A stretch of 64,000 nucleotides of DNA from an uncultured Alphaproteobacteria bacterium. GTDB taxonomy: Bacteria; Pseudomonadota; Alphaproteobacteria; Sphingomonadales; Sphingomonadaceae. The position numbers were made by a program, and so were the translations under genes. The stretch spans positions 592,578 to 656,577 of the forward strand of contig CAWBWP010000004.1 in the NCBI GenBank assembly GCA_963792555.1, written 5' to 3'. Positions 37,451 through 46,666 of the stretch are shown here, one piece after another. The notes beneath the pieces were generated by a model, which did no database searches, was not told where the DNA came from, and saw nothing but the letters and a program-made list of their open reading frames with translations. Within the stretch, counting starts at the first letter, position 1. Each line of letters opens with the position of its first letter.

Positions 37451-38203
37451 TTACGCGGTAACGCCGGCGGCCGTCGTCCGCCGCCGCATGACGCCGCCGA
37501 TCGTACCGAAGCCAGCAAGCATCAATGCCCATGAGGCGGGTTCGGGCACGGTGCCGCCGACCGATGCCGAGCCGAACGTCAGACCACTCAGGGCGGCACG
37601 TGAAAAGCCATCGGCCCCGTTGTCCGTGACGACGACTTTGACGATGTTGTTCGTCAGGAACAGCGGATCGAGCTGGAAGGTCTGCTCGTCGAGCCGGTGC
37701 TGGCCGTTGTCGACGGTCAGCGCGTTAGTGGCTGTTATCGACGGGGCATCATTGTTGTTGATCGTATTGGTATAAATGAAGTTATTGAAATCGCGGACGT
37801 CGCTGCCGCCAAGCAGGTTGAACTGCTGGGAAGAACCATCTGCGCCGACGAACTTGATGTAGATCAGGCCGCGTTGGGCCTGTCCCCAGATCGTATTGAT
37901 CAGGGAATAGGCGGTCGTCGCGTGGGCGATGTCGGTCGCGATCGAAAAAGTGCCCGACGCGCTGCCGGCGACGGTGCCGTAGACCGAGGCGTAGCGCGCA
38001 CCCGACGCATCGCCTGGGATGACGAACGGCGTGCCGTTGTCCATTTGCGCACCCTGCGGAAAGCTCGGGACGCCCCAGTCGCTGACCCAGCTGCGGTTGG
38101 CCGCCGCCGACAGGTCGACCGTGGTGAACGTCGTCGCGGCCATTGCCGGGGCCGATAGTCCACTCATTGATAATGCGCCGCAAAGCAACCAGACTGACTT
38201 CAT
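37451..38203 (-). CDS. PEP-CTERM sorting-domain secreted protein
   Basis: AGGAGG RBS. MKSVWLLCGALSMSGLSAPAMA signal. C-terminus ...GGTVPEPASWALMLAGFGTIGGVMRRRTTAAGVTA*. Confidence 0.8.
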   Translation of the reverse strand: MKSVWLLCGALSMSGLSAPAMAATTFTTVDLSAAANRSWVSDWGVPSFPQGAQMDNGTPFVIPGDASGARYASVYGTVAGSASGTFSIATDIAHATTAYSLINTIWGQAQRGLIYIKFVGADGSSQQFNLLGGSDVRDFNNFIYTNTINNNDAPSITATNALTVDNGQHRLDEQTFQLDPLFLTNNIVKVVVTDNGADGFSRAALSGLTFGSASVGGTVPEPASWALMLAGFGTIGGVMRRRTTAAGVTA

Positions 38204-38258
38204 GCTCGTCCTCCTCATTGGCGGTCGGCCGCCCATGCCGCCACCGCGCGAGGATGAC

Positions 38259-38280
38259 TGAAAGATTAAGGACGATTCGT
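38259..38280 (-). promoter_or_regulatory. conserved upstream motif, copy 2, 55 nt upstream of the PEP-CTERM gene at 38203 (minus strand)
   Basis: Reverse complement of 38259-38280: acgaatcgtCCTTAATCTTTCAgtc. The spacing to the start codon and the orientation match copy 1. Confidence 0.5.
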
Positions 38281-38336
38281 ACTCCGGCATGTTGCGGCAG
38301 GAGCCCGCATCTCCATGCATCAGCCGAAAAATCGGG

Positions 38337-39749
38337 CTAGGGGATCGCTATCCCCCTGGCCGCCGCCGCCGCCGCCGCCGCCGCCAGCGTCGCGCGTGGC
38401 TGCATGGCTTCGAACGCCGGGTTGCCGGCGAGCCCGTGCAGGTCGATCTCGCCGGGCATGGACGCCATCGCAGCCTCGTGCGCTTCGCCCGCCCGGCGCA
38501 ACTCGTCGAGCGCAGCAGCGGTGCGGCCCTGCAGCGCGGCGATGCGCGCCCGGTCGAAATGCGCGTTGGCCGCGGTGCGACGGTCGAGCCGCGCCGCGAT
38601 CGACGCCAGGAGCGCCGCTTGGCCGCCGTGGGCGAACGCCGCGCGGTCGGCGATCACGGCCGCGCCTTCGACGTCATCGTTCTTCAAGCGGCAGGCGATT
38701 GCCGCCTCGGCGAGATAGGTCGCGCCGTCGCCGCGCGCGAGCGCGAGGTCGGCAAGATAGCGGTGGGTCGACATGTGCGTCGGCGACCCCGCCGCAACGG
38801 CGTTGAGCGCCGCCAGCCCATCCGCACGCCGCCCGGCGAGATAGGCGACGAGACCGTAATCGGCCGCTATCGGCGTCGACTCGGGGGCGAGCCGCCGCGC
38901 TTCGCCGATCGCGTCCAAAGCCGCCGCCGCCTCGCCGTTCGCGCTCAGCGCCGTCGCGTACCAGTGCCACGTCTGCGCATCGTGGGGGGCAAAGGCACGG
39001 GCGCGACTGAACTCGTCGCGCGCGGTCGGAATGTCACGATCACCCCAGAAGGCGACGAAGGCCAGCGCGCGGTGCGCCGCCACGAGATCGGGGTCGAGGG
39101 CGATCGCCGCCCGTTCCGCGGCCGCGGCGGCGCGGTATGCCTCGTCGCCGGGGAAGACACTGTATTCGCGGAGCAGCAGGTAGGTTTCGCCGAGGGCCGC
39201 ATAGGCCGGCGCGGCGGTCGGGTCGCGCGCGATGATCGCACCGAATTCGGCGCGTGCGCGGTCGAGGCTGGCGGGCGTGCGGAGGTTGAGATCGTAGGTT
39301 GCCGCGAGATAAGCGCGCTCGGTCGCGGCGTCATGGAATGTCCGGGGGAACGCTGGTCCCGCCGGGCCACTGATCGCGGCGATCAGCGCGGCAGCAGCAA
39401 CGATCATGGCGGCGGCGACACCGAGCAAGGCGATTCGCCGCGCCGGCTGCGCGACCGGCGGCACAACGACTGCGCGCACCGGTTCGGGCGTCGCCGGCCC
39501 AGGCGCGGCGGGACTGATAACCGCGGCGGAATCCAGCGAAACAGGGCTGCCGGCTGAACCCGCGGTCGCCAGCCACGCGGCGAGTTCGTCGGGTAGCGCA
39601 TAGACCGACGACCGGCCCTCACCGGGCAGACGGCGTACCGGCAGACCGCGCTGCGCCGCCCAGCGCATCACCGTGCTCGCGTCGCGACCGAAATAGTCTG
39701 CGATCGACTTCCAGCCCTTCAACGTGGTTGGCGAGATGGACTCGGTCAT
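38337..39749 (-). CDS. HTH-TM-TPR transcriptional regulator; N-terminal winged-helix/excisionase-like HTH, one TM segment, C-terminal TPR repeats
   Basis: MTESISPTTLKGWKSIADYFGRDASTVMRWAAQRGLPVRRLPGEGRSSVYALPDELAAWL (HTH). Then ...RRIALLGVAAAMIVAAAALIAAISG (TM), then TPR-like ...AYAALGETYLLLREY...AHRALAFVAFWGDRD...AQTWHWYATALSANGE... It ends in a (GCC)9-encoded poly-Ala run (ATLAAAAAAAAARGIAIP*). Confidence 0.65.
   Translation of the reverse strand: MTESISPTTLKGWKSIADYFGRDASTVMRWAAQRGLPVRRLPGEGRSSVYALPDELAAWLATAGSAGSPVSLDSAAVISPAAPGPATPEPVRAVVVPPVAQPARRIALLGVAAAMIVAAAALIAAISGPAGPAFPRTFHDAATERAYLAATYDLNLRTPASLDRARAEFGAIIARDPTAAPAYAALGETYLLLREYSVFPGDEAYRAAAAAERAAIALDPDLVAAHRALAFVAFWGDRDIPTARDEFSRARAFAPHDAQTWHWYATALSANGEAAAALDAIGEARRLAPESTPIAADYGLVAYLAGRRADGLAALNAVAAGSPTHMSTHRYLADLALARGDGATYLAEAAIACRLKNDDVEGAAVIADRAAFAHGGQAALLASIAARLDRRTAANAHFDRARIAALQGRTAAALDELRRAGEAHEAAMASMPGEIDLHGLAGNPAFEAMQPRATLAAAAAAAAARGIAIP
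38359..38385. repeat. (GCC)9 trinucleotide microsatellite encoding the poly-Ala tail of the regulator
   Basis: Direct read: gccgccgccgccgccgccgccgccgcc at 38359-38385. Confidence 0.9.
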
Positions 39750-40053
39750 CGGCCAAGGCTGCCCCATTGCGTGTCGCGCCACCAGCGGGGATCGTTCCGG
39801 CCCATCGCCTTAATCAAAATTTCATGAGTCAGGCAGTTGGCATGCACCTGATTGAACGGCGGATAACGAAGAACGGCTGAGCGCCGCCAACTGTCGATCC
39901 ATGGCTCCGTCGCCGACCGTCGCCCGGCGTTCGGCCAAGCGGCGCGCTCATGGCGGTGCAGTCTCGGCTCCAGCAGGCATCGAGGCGGCCCCGGCTGCGT
40001 CAGAAACTGGCGTCTGCCGCTTCATACCCACTCGCGCGTGAAGATGCCTGAAT

Positions 40054-40075
40054 ACTAATTTTCCTTAATCTTTCA
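40054..40075 (+). promoter_or_regulatory. conserved upstream motif AC-AAT--TCCTTAATCTTTCA, copy 1, 57 nt upstream of the PEP-CTERM gene at 40133
   Basis: actaattttCCTTAATCTTTCAatg. There is a 13/13 core identity with copy 2 on the opposite strand at 38259-38271. Extended 20/22 pattern AC.AAT..TCCTTAATCTTTCA. Confidence 0.5.
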
Positions 40076-40132
40076 ATGCGGTCGCGGCGCACGATGTCGT
40101 GGCTTCGCCTTTTGTTAAGCAGGGGTATTACG

Positions 40133-40933
40133 ATGAAGCTCAGCGGATTACAGCTTGGTGGATCACAGGGCGTCCGCGCGGTCGGGATGCTCATAGCGGT
40201 TGCCTCGGCAGCGCCAGCGCTGGCCGCGAACGCATTCACCATCAACTATTTCACGATCGCCGGAACGTACGCCGCGGGCGACGGCGGTGATCCCGACTTC
40301 AACACCATCGGTTGCTGCACGCCGACATACTATGATGAGGTCAAGCCGACGCTCGGCGCGCTCGGGCTTCCGGTCTACAACACGGCGTCATCGGCGCCGT
40401 TCATCCACGACACCACCGCGGACGGCGAGATCACGTGGTGGAGTCCTGGCCTGAATACCCATGTTACCTATACCGGTTCGGCCACGATCACGAGCCCGTT
40501 CGCCAACTACAGCTTCTATCCGGGCAACGGCACCGGCAGCGACGATTTCCACGGGTTCCAAGGCGCGACGATCACCGGTCAGTTCAATCTGATGGCGCCG
40601 GAGAAAGTCACGTTCAGCTTTGGCGCGGATGACGATGCGTTTCTTGCGCTCGACAGGAACATCATCGCCCAGGAAGGCGGCATCCACGGCGTCGCTGCAG
40701 CGCCGGTGACGTCGTCAACCCTCGCGGTTGGCTTGCACACCTTCACCTTGTTCTATGTCGACCGGAACGTCACCGGCGCAGGACTCTACTTCAACGTCGA
40801 CACAAGCGACATTGTCGTGACTCCACCACCGGTCGGCGGTGTCCCTGAGCCATCGACGTGGGCGATGATTGTCGTTGGCTTCGGACTGGTCGGTGTCACC
40901 TCGCGGCGTCGCGGTCGCGTCGTCGCCGCTTAG
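40133..40933 (+). CDS. PEP-CTERM sorting-domain secreted protein
   Basis: AGGGG RBS. MKLSGLQLGGSQGVRAVGMLIAVASAAPALA signal. C-terminus ...PPPVGGVPEPSTWAMIVVGFGLVGVTSRRRGRVVAA*. A stem-loop GAGAGGGCGG-tcggagtc-CCGCCCTCTC follows at ~40953-40980. Confidence 0.85.
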   Translation: MKLSGLQLGGSQGVRAVGMLIAVASAAPALAANAFTINYFTIAGTYAAGDGGDPDFNTIGCCTPTYYDEVKPTLGALGLPVYNTASSAPFIHDTTADGEITWWSPGLNTHVTYTGSATITSPFANYSFYPGNGTGSDDFHGFQGATITGQFNLMAPEKVTFSFGADDDAFLALDRNIIAQEGGIHGVAAAPVTSSTLAVGLHTFTLFYVDRNVTGAGLYFNVDTSDIVVTPPPVGGVPEPSTWAMIVVGFGLVGVTSRRRGRVVAA

Positions 40934-41495
40934 GAACATCCCCACTGCGCGGCGGTGAGAGGGCGGTCGGAGTCCGCCCTCTCCACCTGTCGCAGCCGCC
41001 GCATGACCCGATGATTGAGCATCGGCGTCTTGGACCCCGTATGTGCGGCGTGCGCGTCGGCACGTGGCCGGGCGTCCTTTCGCTCCGCGTCGGCGTACCC
41101 TCACTCGCTTCCCCCTTCCCGGCTGGCCATTTCGGAAAGGGCTTCGCGTTCCAATTCAAGGGAAGGCGATGCCGGACAGCCGCCGCCTCGCTCGCGGCCA
41201 CCGTCCCGTGGTCGGTTCCTCCGCGAGAGAGCCGATGAAGGCTGTCACGCACCGATCGTGACGATGCGATGACCGGGCGATGGCCTGAAGTTGGCGCGTG
41301 CGCTCCAGTGTAAGCCGCGTCTTGCACTGCGTATCCACCACTCCGGGCGCGAGCCCACGATAGGCGAAGGCTTCCGCCAGACACTCGGCGTTGTCGGAAA
41401 GCGGCGGTAGCACGCCGAGGGCGTGCCGCCAGCGCCTCGGTAAATGACGGGCTGGTATCGACTTTCCCAATCGGTGGCGTAGGCGGGGGGCGAAG

Positions 41496-43079
41496 ATGCA
41501 GGCGATCAAGAGCACGCTGTCGGATCGGCAGGCGGTCTGGGCGTTTGTGCTCGGCTGCGTCGCCGTGACGGCTGGCGTCTGCGCGCATCTGCCGATGTTC
41601 GTGATGGCGCAATCCATGCACTATCGCCTGGCCGGCATGCCGATGGACCGCACGATGATCGTCGGCATGGCGCTGATCGTGCTGGGGGCGCTGGTCGCCG
41701 GCTATGGATTGTTGCCGCGCAATCTCGCGGCGCAGCGTGCTGCTGCCGCCGATATCGTCATTGCCGCGCCGGAAGACGCGCCGCTCGGGCCGGCGCATTG
41801 GGGATTGATGGCGGTGCTGGTCGTCGCGCTGGTGATCGACGTGATGAAGCCCGCGTCGCTGGGCTTCACCGTGCCCGGCATGATCAGCGAATATGGCGTG
41901 CCCAAGCGAACCGTCTCGCTCGTGCCGTTCTTTGCGCTGGCGGGCACGGTGACGGGGTCGGTGCTGTGGGGCTGGATCGCCGACGTCTATGGTCGCAAGG
42001 CGTCCATCCTGCTGTCGGCGGTGATGTTTGTTGGCACCTCCATCTGCGGTGCGATGCCGAGCCTCGCATGGAATATCGCCATGTGCTTCATGATGGGGGC
42101 CGCGGCGGGCGGCATGCTGCCGGTGACCTATGCGCTCCTTGCCGAGATGATGCCGAGCCGGCATCGCGGCTGGAGCCTTGTCTTGGTCGGAGGTCTGGGC
42201 GCGGTCGGCGGCTATTTCGCCGCCAGCGCCCTGTCGGCGATGCTGCAACCGATCTTCGGGTGGCGCATCCTGTGGCTCGCCAATCTGCCGACCGGGCTGA
42301 CGCTGGTGCTGCTGGGCGCACTGATCCCGGAGTCCGCCAAGTTCCTGCTGGCCCGCGGCCGCGTTGCCGAGGCGGAGGCCGTCATGCGCCGGTTCGGTGC
42401 CACGGCGCTGCAGGCAAGCGCGACGACGATCGCGCCCCGGCCCGGTTCGCATGCGCTCGCCGGCTTGCCGCTTTACGGCAAGCTGGCGGCGCTCAGCCTG
42501 TGCGCCCTGTCATGGAGCCTCATCAACTTCGGACTCCTGCTCTGGCTGCCGGCCGATCTCGTCGCGAAGGGCTATTCGGTCGGCGTGTCGAGCCGGCTGC
42601 TCGCCGAAAGCGCGCTGATCGCTTTCCCCACGGTTTTCATTGCAGCCCTGCTGTATAGCCGGTGGAGCACCAAATGGGCGCTGACGACGATGATCGCCGT
42701 GACGCTGGCGGGTTTGCTGCTGGTCCTTCGTCTGGAGCTTGCGGGCATCGGCAGTCCCGTCCTGCCGGTCGCGTTGCTGATCGTCGGCACGAACGGGATC
42801 ATCGCGATCGTGCTGCCTTATGCGGCAGAGAGCTTCCCGCTCCGGGTGCGCGGCCGTGCGACGGGCTGGGTCGCCGCTTGCACGAAAGGCGGCGGGCTGG
42901 CGGCACAAGGACTGACGATCAGCGGCGTCGTGCTGTCGATGGGCGTGTCGTCGCTACTGGTGATGGCGCCCACCGCGCTTTCGCTGGTGCTGGTGGCCTG
43001 GTTTGGGCGTGAGACGCGGGGGCGCGACTTGCGCGACCTCGACGCCGATATCGGCCAATCCGGGCATGCGGAAGTCTAG
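41496..43079 (+). CDS. MFS-family transporter (12-14 TM)
   Basis: GGCGGGGGG RBS. MQAIKSTLSDRQAVWAFVLGCVAVTAGVCAHLPMFVM... Multiple TM segments, with ...GRKASILLSAVMFVGTSICGA... (MFS signature-like region). Confidence 0.75.
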   Translation: MQAIKSTLSDRQAVWAFVLGCVAVTAGVCAHLPMFVMAQSMHYRLAGMPMDRTMIVGMALIVLGALVAGYGLLPRNLAAQRAAAADIVIAAPEDAPLGPAHWGLMAVLVVALVIDVMKPASLGFTVPGMISEYGVPKRTVSLVPFFALAGTVTGSVLWGWIADVYGRKASILLSAVMFVGTSICGAMPSLAWNIAMCFMMGAAAGGMLPVTYALLAEMMPSRHRGWSLVLVGGLGAVGGYFAASALSAMLQPIFGWRILWLANLPTGLTLVLLGALIPESAKFLLARGRVAEAEAVMRRFGATALQASATTIAPRPGSHALAGLPLYGKLAALSLCALSWSLINFGLLLWLPADLVAKGYSVGVSSRLLAESALIAFPTVFIAALLYSRWSTKWALTTMIAVTLAGLLLVLRLELAGIGSPVLPVALLIVGTNGIIAIVLPYAAESFPLRVRGRATGWVAACTKGGGLAAQGLTISGVVLSMGVSSLLVMAPTALSLVLVAWFGRETRGRDLRDLDADIGQSGHAEV

Positions 43080-43550
43080 CCGCACAAGATTGGCGCGCTT
43101 TTCAGGTCTTCTTCCTGCACCATGTCACTGCATGCGAAAGTCGCCGGCTCCCTCACCCCCAATCGGCTCATCCTCGAACTGCTTGGCCCGGAGCGACCAG
43201 CCAAGTTGAGCGGGCGTCCGGGTTGGCGAACGAGACGGGCGCGGTGAGCGACGGGACTGGATCGTCCCGGTCTTGGCATGGCAACGATGCCGGCCCATGC
43301 GCCAGGTCGGGCAGGCTCGCCGATGCGTGACGGCTCGGCGGAAGGAGGCCGCGTCCCTGGCGAACGCGTCAGGCTCTCGCCCTTGTCCTGCTCGGCAGAC
43401 GAGGGCTCGATCAGAACTGGCCCGGCTACGTCTGCAGGGTAGCGGCCGACCCGTATAAGGTGCTTCGCCGAGCGAAGGTGCGCGTACCGGCCATCTTGAT
43501 CGGACTGTGCCCGATGTGCCGCTTACAGCCTATCGCGTATCGTGGCCGAA

Positions 43551-44030
43551 CTAGCTGGATACGCAGTGATAATCACGCCGCCATTCCGGTATCACTCTGA
43601 TCCGCCGCTTCGCCCAGTAGCTGATATCCATGGAGAAACGTACCGGTGAGCCCTTGCGTGTATAGATGGCCTGATCTCCTGAACGGCCGTTGCCGGTCAG
43701 ACACTTGCTCCATCCAGTTTCCTCCAGGAAGTGTGCGATCTTGAAAACCGCATCATTGTCGCGCTCATCCCACAGTGTCAGTTCGTCGAAACCGCCTTCG
43801 CCATTGCTGCCGAGTAGATCCACAGCGGCGTCATAGGGGCCGATGCTGGCGACCGTGACGCCGCGACGGCGACAGCGGACATGGACGGCGTCGAGATCGA
43901 CGCATTCGGTGAAGCCCGCATGCCGCGCGTCGCGCAGGTTGCCACTAACCGGCAAGCCGCCAAAGAAGACCGATTGCGGGGGGGCGCGGACCGGCTGGCA
44001 GCCGGAGCAGGAAAGGATGAGCGCCAGGGC
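43551..44030 (-). CDS. hypothetical lipoprotein. No canonical start codon is found upstream of the lipobox as read
   Basis: ...TWRLAALALILSCSGC|QPVRAPPQSVFFGGLPVSGNLRDARHAGFTECVDLDAVHVRCRRRGVTVASIGPYDAAVDLLGSNGEGGFDELTLWDERDNDAVFKIAHFLEETGWSKCLTGNGRSGDQAIYTRKGSPVRFSMDISYWAKRRIRVIPEWRRDYHCVSS*. The local GC is lower than the flanks. Confidence 0.4.
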   Translation of the reverse strand, partial: ALALILSCSGCQPVRAPPQSVFFGGLPVSGNLRDARHAGFTECVDLDAVHVRCRRRGVTVASIGPYDAAVDLLGSNGEGGFDELTLWDERDNDAVFKIAHFLEETGWSKCLTGNGRSGDQAIYTRKGSPVRFSMDISYWAKRRIRVIPEWRRDYHCVSS

Positions 44031-44189
44031 GGCGAGGCGCCACGTGTTCCCCTGTCGCGGCGCAACAGCGTGGTAGCCGACAGGACCCGTCGTCTTAGCG
44101 GCAGCGGAAAGCGTGGCGCACCGAGCACTCCCTCCGCCGGGTTCGTTGCTGTTCACCAGGCCATGCCGGAAGGCGTGCCGGGGACACAT

Positions 44190-44400
44190 CGGTGTGACCA
44201 GCGGCGATGGTGGCCGGGCGTCATCGTCGCCGACGGTGACCTCGTCATGATCCACGGTCTCTACACCGGCTGGGTCCGAAGCCGCTGGTCACCGTCTACA
44301 TCCTCCGGGTGAAGCACGGCAAGCTGGTCGAGCACTGGGACGTCATGCAGGAGACCGTTCCGGCGGCGATGACCAAGAGCGGTCGGCCGATGTTCCCTAG
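44190..44400 (+). pseudogene. remnant (C-terminal ~55 aa, one frameshift) of a SnoaL-like / ester-cyclase (NTF2-fold) gene
   Basis: ...VIVADGDLVMIHGLYTGW then, after a shift, PKPLVTVYILRVKHGKLVEHWDVMQETVPAAMT. The VAEGDxVAVH...DGKIVEHWDVxQ C-terminal signature of the SnoaL_2 family is present. No N-terminal half exists upstream. Confidence 0.45.
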
Positions 44401-44495
44401 GCGGTCGCGGCGAGCGCGGGGACAAGGTCAGCGCAGGTCCAGCCTGTTCCACCTGGCACGGCCAACTCCAAGCTGTGACACCTCCGGTTGGGTCG

Positions 44496-46666
44496 CTAGC
44501 GAACAGTGAAGCGGATCCCGTCGAGGCGGCGGACCCGTCACTGAGGGTGATGTGGTGATAGCCGGGGAGCGGTGCCCACAGGCGCGCGCCGCCGAGCGGC
44601 CGGCCGTCGATGGCGACGCTGCCGGTGCCGGCGACGACCACCGCCACCCGTTGCCGCGCCGGTGGGATGTCGGGATCGAGCGCGATCACCGTGCCGTCGG
44701 CCGGCGCGATGATGCGCGGCCGCTCGGCCGTGGCGGCGACGCGGACCAGGCCGAGCGCAGTCCCCGGCAGGAACAACTCGCGTCGCGGCGGCTCGATCGC
44801 CGGCTCGAAGCGCACATCGGCGGCGGACACGGCGGCGTGCAGCGTCCCGCCCGGCGCGTCTCGATGCAGGTGGAGCATGATCGCGCGCCACGCCGGGGCG
44901 GCGCCGACCACGCCCGACACGCCCGCCCCCATGGCGTCACCCTCGAAGTTGCCGACCCACACCGCCACTGTGAAGCGGTCGGAAAAGCCGATGCACCAAT
45001 TGTCGCGGAGCGCCTTCGACGTGCCGGTCTTGACCGCTGCCGAGAAAGGCAGCTCGAGCGTGTTGTCGGCCCCGAAAGTGGCGCTGCGCGCGGCGGGGTC
45101 GGCAAGGATGTCGGCGACGATGGCGCTCGCCTGCGGGTCGAGCACCGCCCGTTCGGGCAGGCGCGGCCCCGGCTCGAGGCGGAGGGCCGACCAGCGGCCG
45201 CCGCGGGCGAGCGCACGGTACGCCGCCGCCTGCTCGGCAAGCGTCACCTCGGCCGAGCCGAGCGCCAGGCTGAAGCCGTAATAGTCGCCGTCGCGGCTGA
45301 TCCCGCGATAGCCGGCGTCGAACAGCCGGTCGCGGAAGGCATCGACGCCGACCAGCAGCAGCGCGCGCACGGCAGGCACGTTGAGCGAGTTGCCCAGCGC
45401 CGACCGGACGCTGACCGGACCGCGGAAGACGCGGTCGTAGTCCTGCGGGATGTACAGGCCCGAGGCGGTGTCGAGGTCGACGGCCGAGTCGTCGAGCACC
45501 GAGGCAGCGGTCAGCAGCCGGCGCTCGATGGCGAGTTCGTAGAGGAACGGCTTGAGGCTCGACCCCGCCTGCCGCGGGCTCGCCGCGCCGTCGACCGCGC
45601 CGCTTAGCGACGCCGCTCCGGCCGAGCCGACATAGGCGAGAATGTCGCCGCTGGCGTTGTCGACGACGATCGCCGCGCCGTCGCGGGCGTTGCGCCCGGC
45701 GAGCGCCGCGAGCTGTTGCCTGAGCGTCGCGGCGACGAACGCCTGCAGGTCGGCGTCGAGCGTCGTCGTCACCTCGCGCCGGCCGGCGAGCAGCCGCGCG
45801 GCGACCTGCGGCGCAAGGCCGGGGTCGGGCAGCGCGCTGCGGGCGCCCAGCATCTCGGCGGTGCGCAGCTGGAGCGCGGCGCAGTCGCCGCGGGCAGCGG
45901 CGCAGGCGCGCGCCGCGACGCGCGCCGGGCTGGCGGTCGGCGCCGGCAGCAGGCTGACGAGGACGCGCGCCTCGTTCATGTCGAGCGCGGCGGGCGGCTT
46001 GCCGGCGAGCGCGCGCGCGGCGGCGTCGATGCCGACAAGGTCGCCGCGGAACGGCAGCAGGTTGACCCACGCTTCGAGGATTTCGGCCTTGGTCCACGCC
46101 CGCTCGATGGCGAGCGCGGCGCGCGCCTGCTCGATCTTGGCCGGCCACGAGCGGCCCCCGCCGCGGTTCCCCGCCAGCAGCCCGGCGAGTTGCATCGTGA
46201 TCGTGCTCGCGCCGCGTCCGCGCCGTCCGTGCAGCCGGTCGCGGAGCGCCCCGCCGACGCCGCGCCAGTCGACGCCGTGGTGGACGGCGAAGCGCTTGTC
46301 CTCGCTGGCGATCGCGGCGGCGACGAACGGTGCGGCGATATTGCCGAGCGGTACCCAGTCGAGCCGGCGGACGCGGGGATCGGCGCGGACGATGTCGAGC
46401 ACCTGCCCGTCGCGCGCGAGCAGCCGCGCCTCCGACGAGCGCCACCCGCCCCGCACGGCGGCGAACGACGGCGGGTCGCGGGGCGTGGTGGCGAGGACGA
46501 GGGCGACGAGCAGGACCAAAGCGGCGAGCGCGGCCCCCACCGCGGCCCGCTCCGCCTTCCGATGCTGCGCAGCGCGGGGGGCGGACGGCGCGCCCTTCTC
46601 CCGCCTCTCCAGCGAAGCGGAGCGCGGGGCGGGCCGGGACGGGCGACCGCCGGGGGGTGTCGTCAC
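44496..46666 (-). CDS. pbpC: penicillin-binding protein 1C (PbpC; glycosyltransferase + transpeptidase), with one frameshift near 44520 as read
   Basis: The GTG start overlaps the A2M stop (GTGA). N-terminal TM ...AVGAALAALVLLVALVLA. GT51 motifs RFAVHHGVDWRGVGGAL...GASTITMQLA. Transpeptidase motifs SSLKPFLY...SLN...KTGTS. The true end is ...SDGSAASTG then GIRFTVR* after a 1-nt shift. The uncorrected ORF runs on to 44261. Confidence 0.8.
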
